Positions 39,365-51,300 of a stretch of 64,000 bases of DNA are shown here, piece after piece. The stretch covers positions 567,659 through 631,658 of the forward strand of contig NW_005434638.1 in the NCBI RefSeq assembly GCF_000315625.1. The letters are read 5' to 3'. The position numbers and the translations under genes are program-made. Origin of the DNA: Guillardia theta CCMP2712 (Eukaryota > Protista > Cryptophyta). Each line of letters opens with the position of its first letter. Within the stretch, counting starts at the first letter, position 1. Below the pieces are notes generated by a model. The model made no database searches. It worked only from the letters and a program-made list of their open reading frames with translations, and had not been told where the DNA came from.

Positions 39365-41858
39365 ATGTACTCGTACAAGGCGGCCAGGCCGGCAATCTAC
39401 GGCATCCACGAACGCGCCTCAGAAGTACTCATTAGCACATTGAGAAAGACAGCAAAAGTGTAAATAAAATGAGGGCATCTGAGGTTGGCTTGCTGGTTCC
39501 TACTGGCAGTTGTTCTTCCAATGTTGGTAGTGGCCGATCAACGAGGTTGTGCGAAGACAAGGAGATGAAGAAAGAAAGCAGTCAAGACATGAAACTCCCC
39601 AAGATCGCCAAGGTGACATCCATGCTTTCTGCTGCCCTCCTTGCCTTGTAATTGAGACCTCAGGTCGGGTCTAAGAACCCAAAGATAATGTTCTCCCCTT
39701 GCAGTCCGGCTGAGGTGGTTGTACTGCCCTAGAGCCCTTGGTGAGAACTGCTGCAGGTGATCGAGATGGCAGAGTTTCTTGGAGTAGATTGGACCAAAGA
39801 GTTCTACCTGCTCCCTATAGTGCGCAAGGCCATCGTTGCTCCTTTCCCCGTGGATTGGGAGATCTCTAGAGACCAATATGGGAAAGTGTATTACCACAAC
39901 AAACTGACATACAAAGTGATCTCGAAGCATCCCTTCCATGATACGTTCCTAGAGTGAGTAGATCTAAAATCCATGGTGCCTTTGACGATCAATGCAATGA
40001 AGAGCTATAGAGGATGCGCGAAAGAGTCACCAGAACGATCTGAATGCGATTGAGGACGAAGTATGTTGAGCTCTCGTCAGACTCAGGTTGACTTGAAGAA
40101 CAGGAAGTGACGGACTTCACGACGATTGCCATCAATGGCAGTCCCTGGATGAGATTCACGACACTCGATGAAGATTCTTCTTTCTGGTTCAACTTCGAAA
40201 CTAAGACCCTCCACACTGATGCGCAGTAACCACTTGTTGACATGTGGTTTCCTTGCTTCTAAACGTGCGTTGCTCAAGGTACAAGATTCTTTGTGAAATC
40301 GAAACAACAAAGAAGATCGAAAAAGAGAAAGAGAAGCACAATCCTTCAAAACTAGAGAAGATGCAGAAGGAACTGAAGACCAAGAAAGCTCTGCAGATGG
40401 CCCTGTCTTCAGGGCTGAGAGCGTTCTGGCTGAGATGGCAAGTGCATATCATGGAGCTTCGTAACAAACAAGCAACAGCATTGCTGAAAGCTGGTCTGAT
40501 AGAAGGGAGACAGGAGGCCAAGGGTTTCAGACAGTGGAAGGAGAAGAGTGAGCAACTGTCATTTGTGAGAAGAGCGCTTGCTCCACTTGGTGGTAGACGA
40601 GACAAAGCCATCAGAAGAGACGCTTTTCGAGGATGGCATGAAGTCGTTCTTGCAGAGGTGGAGGAGAAGAAAGACAGAGAGTTCTTGCTCTCAATCATAT
40701 CTTCTTGGAAAGAAAAGGTAGGGTCCCAATATCATGGTATTTTTGTGACATTTTTTCAGTCAAAAACTACATCTCATCTCAATAATGTGAAAAAGATTAT
40801 TCAGAATTTGCTTACTTCGAACAGCATTTCTCTAAATTTTGGTGAATGGCGAGAGTTGGCAAGAGAGTCCAAATCACTAAGAATACACATCATGAGTGAA
40901 GCCTGTATCAAGATCCAACGACAGTACCGGGCGAGAAGAGCAACAAAAGATGCGGCAAAAGAGAGTGTAAATCTAAGAAAGCAAATGAAGTGCGTCCTTC
41001 CATTGGTTGCGGAAAAATTCTAATGATTTGCAGGTATCGACTGTTGAGAATCGGAAACACATCAGAAGAAGAAATTCCAGGGAGGTCAGAACAAAGCATG
41101 AAGCAGAGTAGTGACGACGAAGGCGAGGGTGGATCATTGCTTCTGCACTTGCTTGAGGGAGCCATGCACAAGACTGAAGAGGAGCAAGAAAAAGTTCGAC
41201 TTAAAAAGGTTTTGAAAGACATGGATGTATAGTCGTGGCTGAATGTTACTTCAGATTGCAAAGGAGGCAAGAACGAAAGCCTCATTAGAACCTTCAGAAG
41301 ATGGGTTCGGACTTGCAAGTGTTAAGAATGATATCAATCGAATAGCGGAACTTCTGGACCCCACAGGTCGAGACGAGTTTTTGAAGAGCAATCAAGCCAT
41401 TCCAGCAGAAGAAAGCTACAAAACACTGAATGATTCTATCAATACTTTATTCGACAAATTTGTTAACGTACAAAACAACAACAGAGGCATCATGCAAGAG
41501 ATTGCGGCAGACCTTTTAGATAGTCAAGAAGGTGAGAACCTTGCCATGGTTGCGACGCGCGCAAAGCAACATTTAGATAAGGTGGCACTCCCTTGCATTC
41601 CTGTACTTCTACTGATGAAATTACCAGCAATCAAATCCTTCAGATATGCGCTCAAGTATGAATGCAATTAGCCATGCGAATGATCTCCAACAACTCAGCA
41701 ATTCTCTGGAAAAGTTTGTTTCCATGATTGAGAACAGAGACAGCAAGTCTTCTTGGTGAGTTGCTGAAAATAAATGTATAGAACCTTCCAGCTCTTGGAG
41801 ATTGGAGATTCTCGAATCAAGCACAAACCGTAGGAATGATACATACATCGGTGAGTGA
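39365..41858 (+). CDS. CEP164-like WW-domain protein with Sfi1-type repeats and an IQ motif, multi-exon
   Basis: IEMAEFLGVDWTKEFYLLPIVRKAIVAPFPVDW...GKVYYHNKLT...KHP; a second WW-like stretch PWMRFTT...FWFNFETK; F/I-x-x-W repeats at 33-aa spacing; IQ motif ACIKIQRQYRARRA. Ends approximate. Confidence 0.7.
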
Positions 41859-43643
41859 AGAGAAATAATCTCCAACTAGGTCAGGGTTTGCAAATCTGAA
41901 CAGATTAATTGTCATCTGAAATCTCGTGCTTAACATGGTAGCCGAGTAATTTGCATCCATATGATACAGCGGCCCGATATTGAGGATGGTGTAATTTCTC
42001 AATTCGTCAGGAGCTTTCAGATAAGGCATATTTGCAGCCCACATCTGTAGCCAATTGGCTTTCAATTCATACGCGACGTTTTTCAAAGTGTCTCGAGGTA
42101 AAACACAAAATTTGCACTTGACAATGAGAACCCTGGCGCAATAGTTCACATAGTTGACCGATGTAGCTCCAATGTCAGCGATGTCCAGGCAAAGATCGAT
42201 CAACGACCCTGAAATCGACTGAGGAGGTCTCCAGCACAATGTTTGCCAGAGCTCAGACCCTCTAGGTTGTAGATTAGTTCCCAGAGGAATTATCCAATTT
42301 GTTCTCCATTTTGCTACTGGAAAATAAAAATTTCTCTCATATCCTGCAGCGAAATCATCATGATATCTGATGTAAGACAGGTTATTATTGTTTTGATCTT
42401 GCATGTAGATGTGCCAGCAATATTCGCATCGAATGTAAAGATTTGTCAGATTTCCGGTCCCAGAAGCGACAAAGTCCAGATAGTAAGAAGACATCGGAGC
42501 AAGAGGGACGACTGTCTCAATATAGGGAAGAGGATTCAAGACCTGAATTTTGATGGTGTACGAATTTGAAGATAGCATTGAGCCATACAACTGGCCACTG
42601 CTCTCAGCCAGGAAATTGAGTGTGTAGAGAAGTCCAAGACCAGGTATACCGGTTGGACTCACACTGTCAGATTGTTCATTTGGCTGAAATGTGAACTTGC
42701 CAATGTAAACTTGATAACACAACCCCTCGCTCAGACATACATCGAACGAGCCATCCATTGCCAGCTGCGCGCCATTTGGCAATCCAGAGTCACGTAGGGT
42801 TATTGCATAGACCACATCACCTGTTCCGTTTAGATTGTTGTTCATATCATAGAAATAAAGGTATCCGACAAAGTTCTGACCGATGGCAACAGAAGTGCTG
42901 GTTACAGAGCCATTGTATCCAAACAAAGGACTTGTCAAGTTGGAAAAGTTAGCAGTTGTATACATTTTAGGAGCTACATCGATGATTATTGCCCAACAAC
43001 GGAAATTTTGTGGTGATGTGGTGATTGTTTCTCCGAGACTCACGCAGATTGAGTAGAATGGATTCCAGATGTCGAGCTTGCTGGAAAGCTCTTGCTGGTC
43101 CGAAAGCTCAAAAGAAAACGAGATGTTATCGTTTGATGTCCTGACAACAGCGCCAGTTGAGATATTTGGTGTATTGGTGTACTGACTCCATACTGACCAT
43201 CGCGTGCAGGTCGTCAGAGGATCATCGGTGCACTGATTCAGATCTCTCTCGGTGTCGGCTGTCCTGACAGGTGTTGAGGATTCAAACCAACCCAATGGAC
43301 GTTCCGGATGATCGCTCTCCGGCCCAATGTAGCTACCAAGACTCACAAGATAGAGTTGATTCCTCTGTTGTCCTTTTAAGTAAGTGACGGAAGTATACTG
43401 TTGCGAAGAAGGTGAAAATAGTATGTCGATAGAATATCCATTCGGAGGAAATGTATATTTTTGTCCTGGCGTATACTTGAAAATCATACCGTCGGGCGGT
43501 GTTGTACTGCTAAAGCTATTTGTGCATTCAGTCCTTCCGCAACCTGTTCATCGTAAGTCAACAAGACACTTCATTCGCATCGGTGAAATCTTACATGATC
43601 CGAGGATGAGAACTATCACGCTATACCCACCGAGACTTGGCAT
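41817..43643 (-). CDS. Secreted or type-II protein with two C-terminal LysM-like domains; one 5' intron
   Basis: Exon 1 MPSLGGYSVIVLILGS splices in frame (gtaag...aacag) to the 556-aa ORF. C-terminus: CVLPRDTLKNVAYELKANWLQMWAAN..LKAPDEL and LSTRFQMTINLFRFANPDL....VCIIP. An alternative ATG lies at 43721. Confidence 0.75.
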
Positions 43644-43917
43644 GCTCCTCCTCCACGTGCGCCTTGTGCCATATGCTTCCAACCCCTCGTCCTCCCTTGC
43701 CGCTGTTCTATCGGCCCGCATGGTGACCGGTTGCCGTGAGGAGGCGCGGAGATTTCACTTTTTACTTATTTTTTGGGAAACAACTAAGGACTCCAGTCTG
43801 CCTCGGGATAAAATATAAACATGTTCCAAGACATCACTCTTACCCCACGTATGTGGTCTCTCCGCTGTCTTTTTGTAGAGTAAAATTTATGAATCAGAGG
43901 AGCGGCGGCGCGTGGGG

Positions 43918-44963
43918 ATGGCGTTGATGGCTGTGAGGAGAGGGGGCTGGAGGGAGGGTTGGAAGATGATGGTGGAGACGAGGACAAGGCTGATCAGTCA
44001 CACTGTTCCTTCTCCTCTTGCTCTCTCGCTAGCATCCTCATCGAGGGGGATGGTGATGTCTAACGGAGCAGCTGCAAGCTCTTGGATGCACCTTCAAAAG
44101 CAATTCTCAGCGTCTCCTGCCTTTTGTGGGCGATCACCTTTTGGGACTTTTTCTCCGTTTTCTGTCTTTGCAACATCTGCAATGCAGCTTGAGAAGGCTT
44201 CTGTGAGCCAGCCACATGGCGAGCGACGTAGCTTCTCCACGACTTCTGTGAAGCACAAGCTGGATGATTTCTTCACTTCCATGCCTGCTGTAGACGAAGA
44301 TGGAAATCCAATTTACCCGGCAGTTGGTATGGAATATCACTTCAGGGTGCGTGTATGGTTCATAACGTTGTAAAAGGCAGGTCATGGCGGGCTGAAGAAT
44401 TGAGGCAGAAGTCGTTCGAAGATCTCCACAAAATGTGCGTCTTTGATCAAAATTTGAATTCAAGAGCCTGATCAAGTTGTTTGCATTCATTTGCTGGATC
44501 AGATGGTGGCTCTGTCTGAAGGAGAGAAATAGCTTGGCCCTGGAGAGGCACGAGGCAAGGGCAAGAGGGGTAACTCCACTAAACCCATCTAGATTCAGGA
44601 AGGTAAGTTATCTATTTTTGTTTCTGGTTTACAAGAATGAGGCAACACATTCATTGAATCCCTTATAGTTGAGAAAGACCATGGCAAGAATTCGAGTTGT
44701 TCTTGGTGAAAGGAGCAGGATGAAACTGATGTTGAAGAAGTACTGCAAACGTCATGTATATACTTTTGATGAAAATGGGTTACGAGGAAAGGCTCATGCG
44801 CAATGTCCAGGGTATTGAAGCGATGTCAAACGAAGACCTTCGGAAATTCATTGACGATTTGAAGGTCATCTCCAATGTGGTTCCTTCGTGCACGAACTGA
44901 CAGGTTCTTTCTCAGTGATTCCATTTCAACGAAATTACTGGAACGCCATTGAAGGATTCATGA
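43918..44963 (+). CDS. MRPL47: Mitochondrial ribosomal protein uL29m (MRP-L47), multi-exon
   Basis: LDDFF...GRSWRAEELRQKSFEDLHK|WWLCLKERNSL...RFRK|LRKTMARIRVVLGER, preceded by a presequence-like N-terminus. Confidence 0.92.
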
Positions 44964-45094
44964 TTAGTCCAATAGTTTGCAAAGATTATATCATACGAGG
45001 CTGATTGGTCGTTGAGTATATTTCATCTCAGAAGGGTTGTTAGCATATGTGAAGCGACAGACAACTTGCTTGATGCATAATTTGTTACACTGGA

Positions 45095-46962
45095 TTAAGG
45101 CTTTTGATCTACCGTCTTACCGTCGAATGTTAAAACGTCACTTGTTCCAGGCTGTTCCAGTTGTATGACATAGAGCTGGTGCATATTATCGCAAGGGACA
45201 GGAGACTGTCACAATCAAACCTGTATCGCAAAGTAGGCGATGATGCTGAAAACACACTCCACGGCATAGAGAGTGACAGTGTAGAAGAGTGCCTCCGGGT
45301 ACCTTTCACAACATTAGTGTGGCTTACACATCAATATGCGATTACTCATGAAGGTGTACAAACACAATCTCGCAGGCTGTGTAAACAACCCACCATACAC
45401 TTGCAGATGCCAAACATAGGCGGATCTGCGTGAGCATGAGCACCTTGAAAGTTGCACGTGAAAGATTCCACCTCAGCTTCTTCCGATAAGAAGGTAATAT
45501 AGTCTTCTATCAGACGTTGCATTGCAGATGGTCCTGTACTGACTCAGATGGTCAATGAAATCGAAACGATGTATCACCGAGCGAGACAAATGACAGGAAG
45601 CCATAGATGCACAAAAAGAAGAAGCTAGCCTGCAGATGCTCAATTCCCCCGGGAAACCTCCAATTTTTCAATCCACCCAATATTGTTTGAGTCTGTGTTC
45701 TAGTATTATCTGCACAATGTTATCAGATAATTTTTTTCACAGTTTAGTTAATGTCTACTTCCACTGGAGGAGGAATCACAGAAGCCGGGGACATGGGGAG
45801 ACTGTACCACGCATCCTGGTAGGTAGATTTGCACTTTCCTGTATCATCGCTAAATGACTGGACAAGATAAAGTGGGATGTCGCTGAAAGATACCTAATCG
45901 CTTCGCTGCAAGTGAATCTGCTGATCCTAGGATGCCGTGGAGAAAGCCTACGTCCACACATCAAGGATGATTCCTGTCATATCAAAGCACCTGTCTGCTC
46001 AGAAAATTCTCCCATAATTGCAACCAAAAAAGACAACAGCTGTGGAGCGATAAGCTACTCCCTTCTCTGAGATTAGATATAAATTCGAACCGTACAGAGG
46101 ATTGCACAGTCTGAACAGGCAAGGTTGCGAAGATATCTGTAAAAGAAACTAAAAGCAGACGCAGGCAAGTCAGAAGAATTGCATATGGTCAGTTGCATTA
46201 CGTGTCTGGCGGAGCCTTGACTTCGTCACGAATTCTATTCTCACCTTCAACACACAAGCAGTTTCGCTGACATCAACGCACCTGTACTGGAAGTCGCACA
46301 TCGGACAATGAGTGTATCCTCTTTCTCCTATCTTAACAGCTCTCCACTTTCGTAGACATTCTTGATGCTTCAGACGCAAGAATAAATACCCTTGAAGCCC
46401 GATACTCATAGATTTTTCTCACCACAAATCGCATACTGCCATTGCACTTGCAGGGAGCAAAAAGTCCCTCTGGATCTTCCTGACCCTCAGTCAGCAGAAG
46501 GGAGGATCGAACAAATCAATATCACTTCGTAACAGATTCTACACATCGGGCGCCAATTTCCCTCCAACTGCTCTTAAGCCGTCAATTCGTTCACCACTGT
46601 CAACGAGCAAAGTTGCATTGTACCTCGGCTTCGTTCTGAGCCTTAGCCTAGTCAATCAGTCCAATAGGGATGAAAAACAAATGTCAAGGGGCAGTGCATA
46701 AGGGATACAAGAAGGTGACTACATTTTTCAGAAGAGCATCTTCTTGTTCGCTCAACTTTTCAGATTTGGACAGCAAGCCCCCTGACAGGCCTCCTCGCAA
46801 TGCCCAAGAGGTTGACTGCTGTCTTCGCTGAAATCATACGTCCGTATCAGCAACAAGAAAGAGACAATCTCTGCTTGCTGAACATACGTGCGTTTGCAGA
46901 AAGTACTTCACCGCATTGTTCCGCAAACATCGAGGTTTCGAAGGAGACTCGGCGGTTTCCAT
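45095..46962 (-). CDS. RING-CH (RINGv, MARCH-type) E3 ubiquitin ligase with TM segments, multi-exon
   Basis: PMCRICYE...LFAPCKCNGSMRF|HQECLRKWRAV....THCPMCDFQY, followed by hydrophobic exons. Ends approximate. Confidence 0.8.
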
Positions 46963-48302
46963 CTTGGGATTTTGTACAAGAGCAAGTCCACCATGAAGAA
47001 CTACGTTGAAGAACAGTAGAGCTTTGTACATGTTCATGATTGTACAGGATGGCAGTTTCTCGAAGTCAAAAATCTGCTAATAAGTCGATGTGCGACGGAA
47101 ACGAAAGACACGCACTTGAGGAGTATGAGGTACTACAACAACTTTTGAGCTGTAATCGAGTGGAAAGATCGAGGTGTATCATGAGAGATCGCAGCCTATC
47201 AGTCTCCTTGCGGCAATTTCCATTTCCTTGCACTCATTCATCCCTTCCCTACTGTCTCTCCCGCAAGCTGCAGGCGCTCTTCGCTGGACATGACCCCCAG
47301 CCTCCTCTGGCATCGTACCGATGCGTGATGTATGAGCCACACTATTGCCGGCTGGTCGGGGCCGCCGGCCGGGGCCCGGGCCGCCGTCACTGACCGTGAA
47401 CGTTTCATCGATGTAACGCCTCATCCGACAACGGACGCTGAAATGACCCCTGAGAGTTCCAGAAATGGGGTCCAGAAAGAACCCACTACCCATCATTTTG
47501 ATTGATATAGCACCGGTTGCTGTGACACCGGATCAATCCCCACTACCACCCGGTTCACACCCCGAATACAACCGTAGGCCCTATCCGAACATGGCGCGCA
47601 GAGAGTATATCTCGCCGCTCTAACTATAAGCAATGCAGCGGTGTTGTTCATCTTGTATATTTTCTTGCATGGTTTTACCTTGGATATCCTTTCCTCGTAT
47701 TGTGCGACTGTTTGAGCCCTTCTTTACTGAGCGGCGCCCTATGCTCAGTACGTATTATTGAATGAATTGTGCAATATCAATCGTGACTGTGGAACCTCTG
47801 TTATTTGTATCTGTGCTTGCAAGCTTGCAAGACTTGTGTCCTTGGTATCTTGTACCTTGATTATGCCTTTTTTGACAAAAAAAACTTATATTGTCGATTT
47901 CCCAATTGTAAAGATTTGTTTCTTTTCAGATTCTAGGTCATGATGAAATAAGTTTCCGTCGATACAGTTGATCACAGCAGCATTACTAACCAGTTGATGA
48001 GTTCGTTCACCTTTCCTTCAAGTTTTCGTGTTTCTTTATTATTTCTTCTGATTGCATACGGACGAAACACAATACAATGTCCAACAACTATTTCGGTAAG
48101 AAATTTCTTGTTCTTATGGAGTTAGCCCGTTGAACTGCAAGCAGGATGAAGGCCTCGTTGCTTCGGGTTATGCAATCTCGACCTCTGACCTTCTGATATC
48201 CTCCTCCGCACAGAAAACTCAAGGGGTGTTGAGTCTCTCACAATTCAACTTCTCCTCCCCTGAGGTTTGATAACTTGATGCCTCAGATCAATCTTACTGA
48301 GC

Positions 48303-51300
48303 GTGTTGCAGTACGCTGGTGAAGCTTTAGCTTCTGGGAAGATTTCTGTCACTGTGACCTGTGCACACGTTTCAAACTCTGGTTGCACAGGTGCATCAAC
48401 GGTGAATTCGACTTGTCTTGGATGCGCAGGGACAGTTTCTGTAAGTGTTTCTGGTTCTGGAGCATACGTTTCTAGTGGAAATTGTTCTGGCTGCTCCTGT
48501 TCCGATGCCGGAGTGGTTTCGACTCCTGCTACAACATACAACGTGAGCTACAACTCTTCGATGGATAATTGCTCAGCTGCAGATTGCAGCTGTGATGCAA
48601 ACGGTGTTGCATCTGGAAATTGTGGCTGCGCTTGTATACCAACAGTGTGTTCATGTCAGTGTACACAAAATTCCTGTGGACACACTGTATCAAGCGATTC
48701 AAAAACTTTCACTGCAACAGGCGGTGGAACATGTCAAGTTTCCGCAAGTTGTTCTGCTGGCTTTTATGACGGAGCGACATACACCGGTTATAATTCAGTG
48801 AGTCCATCTTTGTTGCGAAGCTCACAAGTACTTCCGGGGACGTATCTTCAAAATACAGTTCCTACCGCGTCATCAGGTCAATTGTATTTCAGTTCGTTGA
48901 CGGTTTACAATACCATAGCTAAATCAAGCATTCTATCTATCGTTTTTGCCGCTGGATCCTCTGGAATCAATGTATCGTCCAGCTCGTTTGAGTGTTGGCC
49001 ATACTACTTTTCAGTCAAGCAGTACTCGGATTCCTCGAAAAACTACCTCACTTCTCAACAATTTACGACGGATCAAAGTGCAAATCTCGGTAATTATATG
49101 GTCATCTTGCTCGATAAGCAAAGTAATACCATTGATACTGTCTATGAAAGCGATGCGTTTACTGCTCAATTTTCGCTTGTGACTGGGGATGGATTTGATT
49201 CCTCAACGCAACCGACACCAACCAAGTATTCTGTACTTAGTAGTTCTGATCTTCTTTTGACAGATGCTTCAAATGCAGCAATTTCCAATAACTTAGTCAC
49301 GTTGAGTAATAGTTCCACGGCAGTCAATATCTTTGTAGCAAATCAGGTTGGATTGTACTTTCTTGTCTTGGTAGAGGTTTCGAGCGCTTTCACAAAATCT
49401 ATCTTTCTTGGAGCTACCGCATTGCAAACTCCTTTTTCGATCAATGCTGGCAACGTGAACATTTCTTATGGGTCAAGCAAGCTAGTTTTGCCACCGACCG
49501 ATCCTCAGGTTCTTTTGCTTGATGCAGTAGGATCGAATGATACCAAGAGTTCATCTGGCCTCCCCTTGCCTTTGTACGTCCAATTTCAGACTTCAGACTA
49601 TCAAATTCTTGATAATGCAAAATGTGTGCAGTGTGTTCAAGCGAGACTTGTAAAATGTTCCAACAGTGTACCAACACAATTCTTTGTTGAACAGGATTGC
49701 ACCGCTGTGAACCAAGCTCAATGTGCTACTTCTAATCAGGATGGCTCCAAGTGTGCCTCCGCTGGATACACGTCAAGTAATTCTTTCCTTGATACTCTTG
49801 GTGGAACCACTATTGCAAACTTAGAGAATGGAACAGCAGTCTTTACAGACTTGGCGGTGCATTTTGTGGCAGGATACGGGTACAAACTGCAGTTCACTCT
49901 GAATGCCGGTGGACGATATACAACGAGCTCTGTTGTAGCAAGCAGCCAATCTCAAAATGGTCAGATATTTGTACCCTCTGTTGGTAGTTTCTTTGTGAGA
50001 CCCTATAACTTAAATATCTTACAAGAAATTGGCGGAGATGGGGTTGACATTAATGGTGACTATGTTCCGGATGGAGTTGGAGTTGGAATTCCTTTCAGAG
50101 TGCAACCAGCTGTTACAATTGCTGGGAACGGGTATTCATTTGATAAGAATTGGGGTCAGCATGGTTGGCTTCCAATTCGTAGCCAAATAGTATCATCATC
50201 ATGCGGTGGAGATTGCTCAAAATATAACATGACTTTGTATGGTTCTTCAACAGGCGCGTCCACTTATGAGTCAGAATTCCTGATGTGGTCGTCATATTCT
50301 GGATTTATTGGCAGTCCAAATCGGAATGTCCGCTTGGCTTACGACTCCAGCATAGGAAATGTTGGCTTGCTTTGGCAGGATCTGACCATAAAGAATGCCC
50401 AACAACAAGCCGTTCTGAATGTTTTGCTTTCGTTTGCGTGTGGACCAAGCACGAACATCAGCTCGATTTCAACTACGTCTACAATGATTACATATTTTGA
50501 TTTATTTTCTGCTCCATCACCACCATCTAACCTCAAGGTATCTGATTATGGATCTCTTGGATTTCGGGTAGAATTTGACCCAGGGTTGATATCGCGCGAA
50601 GCGCCTTTATCAGGATTTCTGTTGGAATTTGATGTTTGTCAACAGGAAAAGGATGTTTCCTGTTCAACAGTTGAAAATCAATTTTATTCTGGTCTCGGAT
50701 TTTCAACTCCAGTGACCTCAGTGCTTGGGTCCGGATTAGATCTTGGTGGAGGTTACACCCAAGAGGCATTTATCATTGTTGACAGCTCAACTTCAACAGA
50801 TAATGTGACAATCTCTGCTGTAAATGTGACCATGGGAATCCAGAGAACCATCTATCCCGGTGACCAGCTGGTTTTTAGTTTTGCTTCACTGCAATCAAAA
50901 CTATTGGCTTCCTTCAATCCCAATTGCACATTGCAAGGAGTTGATTCTCAAAAATTCAAAATTTCGTCTTATAATTCTACTACTTCGGTCATTGTTTTGA
51001 CTATCCAGGACGGATTCTATCTTGTTTGGGGTAGCATGGTTCAATTTCAATTTCCCGATACGTGTATGATATCTGGAATGCCATCTCCTCCTTTTGGGCA
51101 GACACTTTTGCAAATCCCAGTCATTGGTGTAAATTCCCAGGTGCAATTTGACAACTGCAAAGGCAATAGTTCGTGTCTAGCTGCTAAGACTGTAATGTTA
51201 CCTTCGATTCAAGATGCCAATTCGATGGATTTGGACTGGAGTGGGCAACTGCAGTATGGTTCTACTGGTGCTCCTTGTGCAACAACTTTGGCTTCAACCT

